A DNA stretch of 64,000 nt from Alphaproteobacteria bacterium (GTDB lineage Bacteria; Pseudomonadota; Alphaproteobacteria; MPNO01), in assembly GCA_964291675.2 (NCBI GenBank), contig OZ219865.1, positions 1-64,000 of the forward strand, read 5' to 3'. The notes under the pieces are model-generated. The model was not told the origin of the DNA and did not search any database. It saw only the letters and a list, made by a program, of their open reading frames with translations. Positions 19,120-30,115 of this stretch are shown here, piece by piece. Position 1 is the first letter of the stretch, and every line of letters begins with the position of its first letter. Both the position numbers and the translations under genes were made by a program.

Positions 19120-20017
19120 CGTATTGATCGATACCGACCTCGCCGGCGCGATGGCGGAGACCGCGGCGGCGGTGGACGAGGCGCTCGGGCGCGAGCTGCC
19201 CGAGCCCGACGGGCCCGCCGCGCGGCTCTACGAGGCGATGCGCTACGGCGCTCTCGGCGGCGGCAAGCGGCTGCGCGGGTTCCTGGTGCGGACCGGCGCG
19301 CGGCTGGCGGGCGGCGCCGACGACGGCGCGCTGCGCGTCGCCGCCGCCATCGAGATGGTCCACGCCTACTCCCTGGTGCATGACGACCTGCCGGCGATGG
19401 ACGACGACGACATGCGCCGCGGCAAGCCGTCCTGCCATGTCGCGTTCGACGAGGCGACGGCGATCCTCGCCGGCGACGCCCTGCTCACCCGCGCTTTCGA
19501 GGTTCTCGCGGACGAGGCGACCCACCCATCGCCGGCGATCCGCATCGAGCTGGTCCGCGCGCTCGCCGAAGCCGCCGGCGGGCTCGGCATGGTGGGCGGT
19601 CAGATGATCGACCTCGCGGCGCAGCACGAGACGGTGGATTTCGAGCTGATCGCCGTGCTCGAACGGATGAAGACGGGCGCGCTGATCGCCTTCGGCTGCG
19701 AGGCGGGCGCGGTTCTCGGGGACGCCCCGGCGGCGATGCGCGCGATGCTGCGCGCCTATGGCTACGACGTCGGTCTGGCCTTTCAGATCGTCGACGATCT
19801 GCTCGACGCGACCGGCGAGGAAGCGGTTCTGGGCAAGAAGGTCGGCAAGGACGCGGCGGCGGGCAAGGCGACCTTCGTCGCCGCGCTCGGCGTCGAGGGC
19901 GCGCGGCGCGAGGCGCGTTCGCTGGTCGACCGCGCGGTGGCGCGGCTCGACGGTTTCGGCCCCGATGCCGAGGCGTTGCGCGCCTTCGGCGGCTATGTGT
20001 TGCAGCGCAGGAGCTGA
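19112..20017 (+). CDS. ispA: Farnesyl diphosphate synthase
   Basis: [33 protein letters not shown]. Confidence 0.95.
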   Translation: MTDVLIDTDLAGAMAETAAAVDEALGRELPEPDGPAARLYEAMRYGALGGGKRLRGFLVRTGARLAGGADDGALRVAAAIEMVHAYSLVHDDLPAMDDDDMRRGKPSCHVAFDEATAILAGDALLTRAFEVLADEATHPSPAIRIELVRALAEAAGGLGMVGGQMIDLAAQHETVDFELIAVLERMKTGALIAFGCEAGAVLGDAPAAMRAMLRAYGYDVGLAFQIVDDLLDATGEEAVLGKKVGKDAAAGKATFVAALGVEGARREARSLVDRAVARLDGFGPDAEALRAFGGYVLQRRS

Positions 20018-20034
20018 GGAGTAAGGAGGTCACC

Positions 20035-21948
20035 ATGTCAGTCGAGACCCCCCATCTGGACAAGATTCAATGGCCGCGCGACCTGCGCGACATGTCGCCC
20101 AGGGAGCTGCGCGCGGTGGCGGACGAGCTGCGCGCCGAGATGGTCGACGCCGTCTCGACCACCGGCGGGCATCTCGGCGCCGGGCTCGGCGTGATCGAGC
20201 TCACCGTCGCGCTGCACCATCTCTTCGACACCCCCGACGACATCCTGATCTGGGATGTCGGGCACCAGTGCTACCCGCACAAGATCCTGACCGGACGGCG
20301 CGACCGGATCCGCACCATCCGCCAGGGCGGCGGGCTGTCGGGGTTCACCAAGCGCGCGGAGAGCGAGTACGACCCGTTCGGCGCGGCGCATGCCTCGACG
20401 TCGGTCTCCGCCGGGCTCGGTTTCGCGGTCGGGCGCGACCTCCAGGGCCGCGACAACCGGGTCGTCGCGGTGATCGGCGATGGCGCGCTCACCGGCGGGA
20501 TGGCCTATGAGGGGCTCAACCATGCCGGATCGCTGGACAGCCGGCTAATCGTCGTCCTCAACGACAACGACATGTCGATCGCCCCGCCGGTCGGGGCGAT
20601 GAGCGCCTATCTGTCGCGGCTGATCTCGTCGAAGAGCTACCGCAGCCTGCGCGACGCCGCCCACCATATCGCCGAGCGGTTTCCGCGCGCCTTCGAGCGC
20701 GGCGTCAAGCGGGCCGAGGAATACGCCCGCGGCCTGGTGACCGGCGGCACGCTGTTCGAGGAGCTCGGCTTCTTCTATGTCGGGCCGGTGGACGGGCACA
20801 ATTTGGACCACCTGCTGCCGGTGCTGCGCAACGCCCGCGACGATGTCGGCGAGGGGCCCATCCTGGTCCACGTGGTCACCGTGAAGGGCAAGGGCTACGC
20901 CCCGGCCGAGGAGTCGGCCGACCGCTATCACGGCGTCTCCAGGTTCGAGGTGGTCAGCGGCGTCCAGGACAAGCCCAAGACCAACGTGCCCTCCTTCACC
21001 AAGGTGTTCGCCAACAGCCTGATCGCCGAGGCGGAGAGGGACGACAAGATCGTCGCCATCACCGCGGCGATGCCGTCCGGGACCGGCGTCGATGCCTTCC
21101 AGAAGGCGTTCCCCGACCGCGCCTTCGATGTCGGGCTCGCCGAGCAGCACGGCGTGACCTTCGCCGCCGGGCTCGCCGCCGACGGCATGAAGCCGTTCGC
21201 GGCGATCTACTCGACCTTCCTGCAGCGCGCCTTCGACCAGATCGTCCACGACGTGGCGATCCAGAGCCTGCCGGTGCGCTTCGCGATGGACCGCGCGGGT
21301 CTCGTCGGCGCCGACGGCCAGACCCATGCCGGCGCATTCGACATCGCCTATCTCGGCTGCCTGCCCGGCATGGTGCTGATGGCCGCGGCGGACGAGGCCG
21401 AGCTGGTCCACATGGTCGCGACCGCGGTCGCGATCGACGACCGCCCGTCCGCCTTCCGCTACCCGCGCGGCAACGGGTTCGGCGTCGCCCTGCCGGAGCG
21501 CGGCGAAGTGCTGCCGCTGGGCAAGGGGCGGGTGATGCGCGAAGGCTCGACCATCGCCATCCTGTCCTACGGGGCGCGGCTTCAGGAGGCGCTGGAAGCG
21601 GCCGAGGACCTCGCGGCGAAGGGGATTTCGACGACGGTCGCCGATGCGCGTTTCGCCAAGCCGCTCGACGAGGACCTGATCCTCCGCCTCGCCCGCGAGC
21701 ACGAGGTGCTGATCACCGTCGAGGAAGGGTCGATCGGCGGCTTCGGATCCCAGGTGCTGCATTTGCTGGCGCTCCGCCAGGTGCTCGACGGGGGGCTGAA
21801 GATCCGTCCCATGGTGCTGCCCGACCGGTTCCTCGACCAGGACACGCCGAAGCTGCAATACGAGGCGGCCGGGCTGACTGCGCGCCACATCGCGGCCACC
21901 GCCCTGGAGGCGCTGGGGCGTGGCGAAGCCGTCGCGGCGAAAGTCTAG
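20035..21948 (+). CDS. dxs: 1-deoxy-D-xylulose-5-phosphate synthase
   Basis: [51 protein letters not shown]. Confidence 0.98.
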   Translation: MSVETPHLDKIQWPRDLRDMSPRELRAVADELRAEMVDAVSTTGGHLGAGLGVIELTVALHHLFDTPDDILIWDVGHQCYPHKILTGRRDRIRTIRQGGGLSGFTKRAESEYDPFGAAHASTSVSAGLGFAVGRDLQGRDNRVVAVIGDGALTGGMAYEGLNHAGSLDSRLIVVLNDNDMSIAPPVGAMSAYLSRLISSKSYRSLRDAAHHIAERFPRAFERGVKRAEEYARGLVTGGTLFEELGFFYVGPVDGHNLDHLLPVLRNARDDVGEGPILVHVVTVKGKGYAPAEESADRYHGVSRFEVVSGVQDKPKTNVPSFTKVFANSLIAEAERDDKIVAITAAMPSGTGVDAFQKAFPDRAFDVGLAEQHGVTFAAGLAADGMKPFAAIYSTFLQRAFDQIVHDVAIQSLPVRFAMDRAGLVGADGQTHAGAFDIAYLGCLPGMVLMAAADEAELVHMVATAVAIDDRPSAFRYPRGNGFGVALPERGEVLPLGKGRVMREGSTIAILSYGARLQEALEAAEDLAAKGISTTVADARFAKPLDEDLILRLAREHEVLITVEEGSIGGFGSQVLHLLALRQVLDGGLKIRPMVLPDRFLDQDTPKLQYEAAGLTARHIAATALEALGRGEAVAAKV

Positions 21949-22690
21949 CCCTTCCGGGAAGCGCCGGCTGGACGCTCTGGTCGAGGCGCGCGGCATCGCC
22001 GCGAGCAGGACCGAGGCCCAGGCGCTGATCCGCGCCGGAAAGATATGGTCCGGCGACCGGCGGCTCGACAAGCCGGGCCACAGCGTGGCCGCCGATGTAG
22101 CGCTGGAGCTGCGCGGCGGCGCGGACCGCTGGGCCTCGCGCGGCGGTTTCAAGCTCGATCACGCGCTCGGCCGTTTCGGCATCGACGTGGCCGGAGCGGT
22201 CGCGCTCGATATCGGCGCATCGACCGGCGGCTTCACCGACGTGCTGCTCGCCCGCGGGGCCGCGCGGGTGTACGCGGTGGATGTCGGACGCGGGCAGATG
22301 CTGTGGCGGCTGCGCCAGGACGAACGGGTGACGGTGCTCGACCGGCTGAACGCGCGCTACATCACCGGCGACCAGGTCCCGGAGCCGGTCGATGCGATCG
22401 TCTGCGATGCGAGCTTCATCGGGCTCGAGACCGTCCTCCCCGCGCCGCTGGCGCTGGCCGCGCCCGGCGCCCGGCTGGTGGCGCTGATCAAGCCGCAATT
22501 CGAGGTCGGCCGGGGCGCGGTCGGGAAGGGCGGCATCGTCCGCGACGCCGCCGCGCGCGACGCCGCCTGCCGGCGCATCGAGGCCTGGCTCGCCGCCCGC
22601 GACGGCTGGCGCGTGCTCGGCCTGGTCGAGAGCCCGATCGAGGGCGCCGGCGGCAACCGCGAATACCTGATCGCCGGCGAGCGGGGGTAG
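21920..22690 (+). CDS. tlyA: TlyA rRNA methyltransferase/hemolysin
   Basis: S4 domain, [31 protein letters not shown]. Confidence 0.95.
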   Translation: MAKPSRRKSSPSGKRRLDALVEARGIAASRTEAQALIRAGKIWSGDRRLDKPGHSVAADVALELRGGADRWASRGGFKLDHALGRFGIDVAGAVALDIGASTGGFTDVLLARGAARVYAVDVGRGQMLWRLRQDERVTVLDRLNARYITGDQVPEPVDAIVCDASFIGLETVLPAPLALAAPGARLVALIKPQFEVGRGAVGKGGIVRDAAARDAACRRIEAWLAARDGWRVLGLVESPIEGAGGNREYLIAGERG

Positions 22691-22744
22691 GGCGTCAGCT
22701 CAGGGCAGGCTCTCGATACGGCGCCATGGCGGGCCTCTTCCCCG

Positions 22745-23371
22745 CGTCACGGCCGGAGTTGTTCCAGGCATCCACTGGCGCCGCCGTCTCTCCTCTTCGT
22801 CATGCCCGGCCTCGTTCCGGGCACCCACGGGCGGGGCGGTCCGCCCCCGGCTCCCGTGCTCCTCCACCGCCACCACCACCCCGTCATGGCCGGACTTGAT
22901 CCGGCCACCCATGCGCGGACTTGATCCGCGCAACCACTGGCGCCACCGGTACAACGCCCCGTCGGAAGGGGCGGCGACGCCAGTGGATGCCCGGATCAAG
23001 TCCGGGCATGACGATGGGGGGAGGTATGGCGATGGGGCGGGAAACGCCGGGCGCGCCCCGCGTCGAAGGCTAAACCGGACGGCAGTGGACTTGATCCGGG
23101 CATCCACTGGCGCCGGCATGCCTCCCGCCCTGCCGCCGCGCGGTCGGCGAGGCCGCATGGATGGCCGGATCGAGTCCGGCCATGACGGGGTGGTGATGGC
23201 GGGGGAGGAGCAGGGAGAGCGGGTGCGGCCGTCCCTTCTCTTCGTCATGCCCGGCCCCCGGATCGAGTCCGGGGGTGATCCGGGCATCCACCGGCGCCGG
23301 CACGCCTCCCGCCCCGTTGCCGTGCGGACGGCGCGGCCGCATGGATGGCCGGATCGAGTCCGGCCATGACG
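22745..23371. repeat. Cluster of ~8 CGTC-type REP palindromes (CGTCATGSCCGGACTYGATCCGGSCAYCCA) in both orientations
   Basis: Copies at ~22745, 22798, 22882, 22984(-), 23088 (half), 23158(-), 23243, 23342(-), between convergent tlyA and aroC. Confidence 0.9.
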
Positions 23372-23398
23372 ACGGGGGGACGGCCGGGGCGAAGCGCC

Positions 23399-24469
23399 TC
23401 AGCCGCACTGGGCGCGGTGGTGGAGCAGGTGGTCGGCCAGCACGCAGGCCATCATCGCCTCGCCCACCGGCACCGCGCGGATGCCGACGCAGGGGTCGTG
23501 CCGGCCGCGGGTCGATATCTCGGCGTTGCGCCCGTCCACCGTCACCGTCCGCCGCGGCGCGAGGATCGAGCTGGTCGGCTTGACCGCGAAGCGCAGCACG
23601 ATGTCCTGGCCGGTCGATATGCCGCCCAGGATGCCGCCGGCGTTGTTGGAGAGGAAGTGCGGCTTGCCGCCGCGCATGCGCATCTCGTCGGCGTTCTCCT
23701 CGCCGGTCAGCACCGCCGCGCCGAACCCGGCGCCGATCTCCACCCCCTTGACGGCGTTGATGCCCATCGTCGCCGCGGCGAGGTCGGCGTCGAGCCTGCC
23801 ATAGACCGGCGCGCCCAGCCCGGCGCGGACGCCCGACGCCACCACCTCGATCACCGCGCCGACCGAGGACCCGGCGTTGCGGACGGTATCGAGGTAGTCC
23901 GCCCATGTCTCGGCCGCCTCGGCGTCGGGACACCAGAAGGGGTTTCGCTCCACCGCCTTCCAGTCCCATTTCGAACGGTCGATGGCGTGCTCGCCCATCC
24001 GCACCATGGCGCCGCGGATCCGCACCCGGCGGCCCAGCACCTTGCGGGCGATCGCGCCGGCGGCGACCCGGCAGGCGGTCTCCCGCGCCGATGCGCGGCC
24101 GCCGCCGCGGTAGTCGCGCCGCCCGTATTTTTGCAGATAGGCGAAATCGGCGTGGCCCGGGCGGAACCTGTCGCGGATCTCGCCATAGTCCTTCGAGCGC
24201 GCATCCCGGTTCTGGATCAGCAGCGAGACCGGCGTGCCCGTGGTGCGGCCCTCGAAGGTGCCGGACAGGATCTCGACGGTGTCCGGCTCGCGGCGCTGGG
24301 TGACGTAGCGGCTCTGCCCCGGCCGGCGCCGGTCGAGCCAGCGCTGGATGTCGGGCTCGGCGAGGGCGATGCCGGGCGGCGTCCCGTCGACCACGCAGCC
24401 GATCGCCGGGCCGTGGCTCTCGCCCCATGTGGAGAAGCGAAAGATCCGTCCCTGGGTGTTGAAGGTCAT
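23399..24469 (-). CDS. aroC: Chorismate synthase
   Basis: [43 protein letters not shown]. Confidence 0.98.
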   Translation of the reverse strand: MTFNTQGRIFRFSTWGESHGPAIGCVVDGTPPGIALAEPDIQRWLDRRRPGQSRYVTQRREPDTVEILSGTFEGRTTGTPVSLLIQNRDARSKDYGEIRDRFRPGHADFAYLQKYGRRDYRGGGRASARETACRVAAGAIARKVLGRRVRIRGAMVRMGEHAIDRSKWDWKAVERNPFWCPDAEAAETWADYLDTVRNAGSSVGAVIEVVASGVRAGLGAPVYGRLDADLAAATMGINAVKGVEIGAGFGAAVLTGEENADEMRMRGGKPHFLSNNAGGILGGISTGQDIVLRFAVKPTSSILAPRRTVTVDGRNAEISTRGRHDPCVGIRAVPVGEAMMACVLADHLLHHRAQCG

Positions 24470-24495
24470 CGCGCGGCGCCTCGGCGGCGCGGCTC

Positions 24496-25311
24496 CTACA
24501 TCACGGTCGAGATGTCGGGCGCGTCCGCCGCCTTCATCCCGACCACGTGGTAGCCGCAATCGACATGGTGCACCTCGCCCGTCACCCCGCTCGACAGGTC
24601 GGAGAGCAGATAGACCCCGGCGCCGCCCACGTCGTCGATCGTCGCGTTGCGCTTGAGCGGCGCGTTGAGCTCGTTCCACTTGAGAATGTAGCGGAAATCG
24701 CCGATCCCCGACGCGGCGAGGGTCTTGATCGGCCCGGCGGAGATCGCGTTGACGCGGATGTCGGAGGCGCCGAAATCGACCGCGAGATAGCGCACGCTGG
24801 CCTCCAGCGCGGCCTTGGCGACGCCCATGACGTTGTAATGCGGCATCACCCGCTCGGCGCCCGAATAGGTGAGCGTGAGCAGGCTGCCGCCGCCCGGCAT
24901 CATCGCCGAGGCGCGCCGGCACACCGCGGTGAAGGAGTAGCAGGAGACGTTCATCGTCATCGCGAAGTTCTCGGGCGAGGTGTCGACATAGCGGCCCTTG
25001 AGCTCCTCCTTGTCGGAGAAGGCGATCGCGTGGACGACGAAGTCGAGCGTGCCCCAGCGCTCCTCCAGCGCCGCGAACACGTCGTCGAGACTCTTGGGGT
25101 CGCCGGCGTCGCAGCGCAGCAGGAACGACGAGCCGGCCGATTCGGCGAGCGGCCCGACGCGCTTGGCGAGCGCGTCGTTCTGGTAGGTGAAGGCGAGCTC
25201 GGCGCCGTGACCCGCGGCCGCGCGGGCGATCCCCCAGGCGATCGAACGCTCGTTGGCGACCCCCATGATCAGCCCCCGCTTGCCTTCCAACAGGCGCTCG
25301 GACCGGGACAT
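24496..25311 (-). CDS. fabI: Enoyl-ACP reductase
   Basis: [39 protein letters not shown]. Confidence 0.97.
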   Translation of the reverse strand: MSRSERLLEGKRGLIMGVANERSIAWGIARAAAGHGAELAFTYQNDALAKRVGPLAESAGSSFLLRCDAGDPKSLDDVFAALEERWGTLDFVVHAIAFSDKEELKGRYVDTSPENFAMTMNVSCYSFTAVCRRASAMMPGGGSLLTLTYSGAERVMPHYNVMGVAKAALEASVRYLAVDFGASDIRVNAISAGPIKTLAASGIGDFRYILKWNELNAPLKRNATIDDVGGAGVYLLSDLSSGVTGEVHHVDCGYHVVGMKAADAPDISTVM

Positions 25312-25423
25312 TCAACCCTCACTCGACGTGTTTGCGTATGAAAAAGCCCCCGCGGGGTCGGCGGCGCGGCATCCTACACGATGGCGCCGGTGCATCCAAC
25401 CGCGGCACCCCGGCCCGGGCTCG

Positions 25424-26806
25424 TCAGAACAGCCGGACAAAGCGGAGCTCGCCGAACAGGCGGTCGTAGTCGTAGAGCTGGGCGTTCGTGGTCCGCTGCT
25501 CCTGGGTCACCGAGAGCTGCGGGCTGAAGCCTTCCAGGGTGAGCGCCCGGTTATGCGCGTACAGCCGGATGATGCGGGTCAGGTCGCGGCGCGGCTCCCC
25601 GGCTTCGGTGTGGGGGAACCAGTTGCCCTGCCAGTCGGTCCAGCGCAAGCTGCCCGAGCCGCCCACGGTGAACCCCCAGGGGAGCTGCGCCGTGGCCGCG
25701 AGCCGCACGCGGCGGCTGGACTGGCGCCATTGCTCGGCCTTCGTCCGCTCGCGCCCCCAGCCCAGCCCCGCGTCGATCCGGACGGTCGGCGAGGCGACCC
25801 AGCCGGCGCCCAGCGAGACATCGGCGATCGGCCCGTCGCGGTGCCTCTCCCGGTCGTAGCGCCGTTCGGCGCGGGAGAGCTGCGCGGTGAGCGTCGTGCG
25901 CGGCGTGAGCCGGTGCCGCCCCTCGATCCGCACCCCGATATCGCGGTGCGAGGGCTCCGACAGCCCCGGCCCCGTCCAGTGATGCAGCCCGGTGAGCAGC
26001 AGGCTCGCCTCGCTGCCGCGGCCGATCAGCCGGCGCGGCCCGACCTGGCCGGAGACGGTGAGCTGGTCGAACTCGCTGGCCCTGTATTCCCGGCGCGACA
26101 GATCGCCGCCCGCGCGCAGCCGCCAGCGGGGGCCCAGGGGATATTCATACTCCCCGCCGAGCCAGGCCGAGACGCCGACGCCCGAGGTGGTGAGCTCTTC
26201 GGCGTCGCGGCGGAAGGGGAGGCGCTGGCCGCCGACGGGGATGTAGATGATGCGCTCGGCCGAGGCGGCGCCGATATTGCTGTCCGGGGCGAACGCCATG
26301 CCGACGCGCAGGCTCCAGCGCTTGCGCGCCCGCATCGCCGCGAGGAAGCGGCCTACGTTGAGTGCCACCGCCGCCGGCGGCCTGCCGGCCAGCACCTGCT
26401 CGAAATGCCGCCGCGCGAGCCCGTCGTCGCCCTTGTGGAAGAAGGCGCGGGCGAGCTCCAGCCGGACGCGGACCAGCTCCGGGTGCGCGACCAGCATGGC
26501 GCGGAGGACGGCGATCGCCTCGTCGAGCAGCGCGTCCCGCCGCGCTTGCGCAACGCCCTCGCGCTGCGATGCTTCGATCGCCGCGAGCCCGAGCAGGAAC
26601 CGCGCGTTGGCGGTGGAAGCGCCGCCCCGGGCCAGCCGCCGCAGGACGGCGAGCGCCGCGTCGTACCGCCCCGCCGCGACCAGCGCCCGCGCCTCCTTCA
26701 CGCCCCCGGCGGGCGGCGCGGGGGGCTCCGCCCCGGCGCCCCAGGCCGGCTGGGCGAGGCAGGCGGCGATCGCGAGAGCGCGCAAAAGGCCGATCATCGA
26801 CTGCAC
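25424..26806 (-). CDS. Slam-family (TPR + DUF560 beta-barrel) surface lipoprotein translocon, type XI secretion
   Basis: Signal peptide, TPR-like RVRLELARAFF...ARRHFEQVL, APDSNI barrel start, C-terminal F (RFVRLF); downstream of a TbpB-barrel lipoprotein. Confidence 0.85.
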   Translation of the reverse strand: MQSMIGLLRALAIAACLAQPAWGAGAEPPAPPAGGVKEARALVAAGRYDAALAVLRRLARGGASTANARFLLGLAAIEASQREGVAQARRDALLDEAIAVLRAMLVAHPELVRVRLELARAFFHKGDDGLARRHFEQVLAGRPPAAVALNVGRFLAAMRARKRWSLRVGMAFAPDSNIGAASAERIIYIPVGGQRLPFRRDAEELTTSGVGVSAWLGGEYEYPLGPRWRLRAGGDLSRREYRASEFDQLTVSGQVGPRRLIGRGSEASLLLTGLHHWTGPGLSEPSHRDIGVRIEGRHRLTPRTTLTAQLSRAERRYDRERHRDGPIADVSLGAGWVASPTVRIDAGLGWGRERTKAEQWRQSSRRVRLAATAQLPWGFTVGGSGSLRWTDWQGNWFPHTEAGEPRRDLTRIIRLYAHNRALTLEGFSPQLSVTQEQRTTNAQLYDYDRLFGELRFVRLF

Positions 26807-26827
26807 CGTTCTCTAGCCGTCGGGCGG

Positions 26828-26863
26828 ACAGAAAGAGAGGGCGGCAGGACCTGCCACCCTCTC
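26828..26863 (-). terminator. Intrinsic terminator-like hairpin between cargo gene and slam
   Basis: Minus-strand RNA GAGAGGGUGGCAG-GUC-CUGCCGCCCUCUC followed by UUUCUGU; the one non-WC pair is a G-U wobble only on this strand. Confidence 0.6.
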
Positions 26864-26922
26864 CCGAAGTTGGCGCCAGCGGTCGGGTTCCCGGCTAGGG
26901 GAACCTGACCGGCCTGGCCGGC

Positions 26923-28620
26923 CTACTCGCGCGGCTTCGTCGCGCCGAAGGCGCCGGCGACCCTGCCATTGCTGAAATCGGCGTTGAACTCGCCGACCAC
27001 GGCGCCGGGCTGGGTAGTACCGTCGCTTCCCGTGCTGCCGTGGAAGGTGGCGCTGAACGAGCCGACATTGTCCCCGCTCCCCTTGGCCGTGCCGGAGTGG
27101 GTGCCGGTATCGTTGGGTTGGTTGCCGGCAGTGTTGGGATCACCATCGCTTTGCAGAGTCACCGACCACTCGTTCGGCTCGCCGTGCTGCAACTTGAAGT
27201 CGTCGATGGTGCCGGTAAGTGTGTGCAGCAGGTAGGGGGGGATGTCCCGCTCTGCCGTCTGCCCGAATGTCGCCTCCAGCCTGGCCCTCGCCTTGAAGTG
27301 GCCGGAGCTGGCATCGACGGGCTTCCCGGTGGTCGAGCTGAACTCAGTCGTGATCGCGTACACGCCGACCGCGCCACCCTCGTAGCTCGCGGTGCCCGTG
27401 ACGTTAGTCATGGTGCCGCTCTCGGGAGTCGTCGGCGAACCGGCGAAGGTCTCGACCTCGTTGTAGGTGACCGCGCCGTCCGAGGCCGTGGTCCTCTTCA
27501 GCCAGAAGCCGTAATGCAGGTAGTCGGAATCGGGCACGTCGATCGTGACGCCAGCATCGGGAATGAAAATCCAGTGGTTAGCGTCAACCGCGCTTACCAC
27601 GCCCATGGTGTCGACCGTGACCGTGCACGGGCCGCCTGTCGCATTGCACTTGTAAGTGCCCATGGCGCCGTCGAATGTACCTGCGATTTCGGCGGCGTCC
27701 CGCGACTCGTCTTCCGGCGTGGCGGCGTTGTCTTCCACCTCATGCTGGAACCTCAGGATGGTGGTGTCGACCGTTCCGGCGGGCGCCGTGAATGCGTCGG
27801 CGCTGACCTGACCGAGATTGGCGTCCGCCACGTACAGGGCGTCATTCGGCATGGTATCGGTCGCAGTTTCTCCATCGACCCTGACCTCCAGCGGATGAAC
27901 CATCCCGAACGCCGTCGCCCGGGGCGCTTCGATGTCGGTGGCGACAATCACGACTTCCGTCACCATGTTGCCGTCGGCATCTGCGTCCATGGTGCGGGTG
28001 TGCATGCTGCGACCGTCCCGTAGATCCATGGCAAGCTCGAAGTCTTCGTCGCCGGCGTCGGTCGCGCCTTCCACGGTGACCGTGACTGTCGTGCCTTCGT
28101 GATCGCGCTCGATGTCAAGGTTATAGGCACCTGCGGCATTGCCTGTGGCAGTGACCGCACTACCACCGAGCCCGGCATCGGCCCCGCCTGCGCCGTCGAT
28201 ACCGGGCGTGCCGCCGGTTGCCGCCTGCAAGGCCTCCGTGGCCATGGCGTCCTGCTTGGTCTTCGCCGCTTCGGTCGCCCTCGCGATCTCCGCCTTCCGC
28301 GTCGCGTAGGCGGCCGAATTGTCGGCGGTGACCATGCCGCCGGTCGCCGTCGCGCTGCCGTCCGCGGCCACGGTCACCGTGCAGTCGGGGCCGCCGGCGG
28401 CGCAGGTGAAGGTGATCTCGCCGATGGTCGCGGACTCGCCCGCGGCGATCTCTTCCATGCCGGCCGCGCGCGCCGCGTCGTCCGCCACGCCGGTCAGATC
28501 CACCGCGACCGAGGAGGGCATGTCGGCCATGTCGGCGCCGTTGTCGCTTCCGCACGCCGCGAGCCCAAGCATCAGCACGGCGGCGCAGCAAACCGTTATC
28601 GGGTTCATGTTTCTAGACAT
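26923..28620 (-). CDS. Surface lipoprotein with C-terminal TbpB-like beta-barrel (Slam cargo)
   Basis: Lipobox LGLAA-C after MSRNMNP; YLHYGFWL, TGTASYEGGAVGVY, GEFNADFSNGRVAGAFGATK ending typical of TbpB-barrel proteins. Confidence 0.82.
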   Translation of the reverse strand: MSRNMNPITVCCAAVLMLGLAACGSDNGADMADMPSSVAVDLTGVADDAARAAGMEEIAAGESATIGEITFTCAAGGPDCTVTVAADGSATATGGMVTADNSAAYATRKAEIARATEAAKTKQDAMATEALQAATGGTPGIDGAGGADAGLGGSAVTATGNAAGAYNLDIERDHEGTTVTVTVEGATDAGDEDFELAMDLRDGRSMHTRTMDADADGNMVTEVVIVATDIEAPRATAFGMVHPLEVRVDGETATDTMPNDALYVADANLGQVSADAFTAPAGTVDTTILRFQHEVEDNAATPEDESRDAAEIAGTFDGAMGTYKCNATGGPCTVTVDTMGVVSAVDANHWIFIPDAGVTIDVPDSDYLHYGFWLKRTTASDGAVTYNEVETFAGSPTTPESGTMTNVTGTASYEGGAVGVYAITTEFSSTTGKPVDASSGHFKARARLEATFGQTAERDIPPYLLHTLTGTIDDFKLQHGEPNEWSVTLQSDGDPNTAGNQPNDTGTHSGTAKGSGDNVGSFSATFHGSTGSDGTTQPGAVVGEFNADFSNGRVAGAFGATKPRE

Positions 28621-28892
28621 TGGCTCGGGGCACTCCTCGTTTTGGTCCGGGACCGTTGAACGCGTCAGGACGGGGCCGATTCCTCTTCCCCCGCCATGCG
28701 GCCATAACATATCTAATCGGCTATCTCGTATTTGTCATCCCCTTCTAGCGTCGAATCGGAAAAAAGGCAAATGCCTAATTCGACGACGATTCGCCGCCCG
28801 CCCGCGGCGCGGCCCGAAGCCGTCGCCCGGGAACGGGCCGATTGCCGTCCGGTCCGGATTCTCGCGGCCGACCCGGCGCCCGGCTGTCCCGC

Positions 28893-29551
28893 CCATGGGT
28901 GCCCGGGCGGGAGGCGCGTGGCGGCAGTGGGTGCCCGGATCGAGTCCGGGCATGACGGGGGTGCGGGAGGCGGCGCCACGCACGCCCTTCCCGGACGTCC
29001 CCTCCTCCCGTCATGGCCGGACCTGATCCGGCCACCCATGCGCGGACTTGATCCGCGCAACCACTGGCGCCACCGGTACAACGCCCCGTCGGGAGAGGCG
29101 GCGGCGCCAGTGGGTGCCCGGATCAAGTCCGGGCATGACGATGGGGGGGAGGCATGGCGCTGGGCGGGAAACGCCGGGCGCGACGCGCGTCGAAGGCTAA
29201 ACCGGACAGCAGTGGATCAAGTCCGGCCATGACGATTGGGGGGGCGGCGTGGGGCAAAGCACCCTTTCCCCCCTCCGTCATGGCCGGCCACCCATGCGGC
29301 CCCTCCGCGCGCATGTCGGCCGGCAGGGAGAGGCGGTGGCGCCAGTGGGTGCCCGGGCGCGAGGCGCGTGGCGGCAGTGGGTGCCCGGAACACCCCCGGA
29401 CTTGATCCGGGGGCCGGGCATGACGAGTGAGGGGCGGCGTCCTTCGATACGCCGCTTCGCGGTACTCAGGATGAGGCGGAAGCGGCGTGCCTCAGGAAAA
29501 TCCCCTCATCCCGAGCGGCCCCGGACTCGATCCGGGGCGTATCGCAGGACG
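28893..29551. repeat. Cluster of CGTC-type REPs plus an inverted pair of a second family (CGTCCTTCGATAC...CTCAGGATGAG)
   Basis: Family-1 copies ~28927-29425; family-2 at 29438-29476 and 29504-29551; 29007-29216 duplicates 22880-23089. Confidence 0.9.
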
Positions 29552-29558
29552 GGCCGCC

Positions 29559-30026
29559 TCAGTTGACGATGCGCCAGGTCCCGTCGGCCTGCCGGCAGGC
29601 GCGCCCGACGGCGGTCTCGGTGCTGCCGCCGACGGTGATCGTCTGCTGGTACTCGCGGCACACGTCGCCCCGGGCGGTCTCGTAGGTGCGGGTCGGCGTG
29701 ACCGTGCCCCGGTTGCCCGAATCGGGGTTGCGCCAGGTGCTCGCGCTGCCCGTCCGGTTGTTCTCCAGCGCGGTCTGGGTCGAGCGCCGCATGGCGATGC
29801 GGTCGGCCCGGTCGAGCGACTTGCCGACCTCGCTGCCGAGCGCCGCGCCGGCGAGCGTGCCGACCGCGACCGCGACCAGCTTGCCCTTGCCCTTGCCGAC
29901 ATGCGCGCCGGCGAGCGCGCCGAGGCCCGCGCCCAGCACCGTGCCGGCCTTCTCCTTCTCGCCGCCGCTGCACCCGGCGAGAGCGGCGACCGCTACCGCC
30001 GCCACCATCAGCTTGATCGTTCGCAT
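29559..30026 (-). CDS. 17-kDa surface-antigen-like lipoprotein (glycine zipper)
   Basis: Lipobox [17 protein letters not shown] glycine zipper, [24 protein letters not shown]; divergent from pdxH. Confidence 0.9.
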   Translation of the reverse strand: MRTIKLMVAAVAVAALAGCSGGEKEKAGTVLGAGLGALAGAHVGKGKGKLVAVAVGTLAGAALGSEVGKSLDRADRIAMRRSTQTALENNRTGSASTWRNPDSGNRGTVTPTRTYETARGDVCREYQQTITVGGSTETAVGRACRQADGTWRIVN

Positions 30027-30115
30027 CGCTCGCTCCTCTCCACCGGCGCCGCCGGGTCCGTTGCTCCATCGATCCTATATCGGCTAGTTTCGCGCCGACG
30101 ACAAGAGGGGTTTGC

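Noticed and set aside
22745-23371. CRISPR array
   Set aside because: Repeats occur in both orientations with irregular spacing and related spacers; no cas genes. They are REP-like.
22700-23583. ORFs across REP clusters (MAGLDPAI / MPGLDPG-type peptides; also 28713-29566 and 48604-49047)
   Set aside because: Translations of palindromic repeats, not credible genes.
23399-25315. 638-aa FabI-AroC fusion
   Set aside because: Upstream part is an alternative frame over fabI; AroC starts at 24469.
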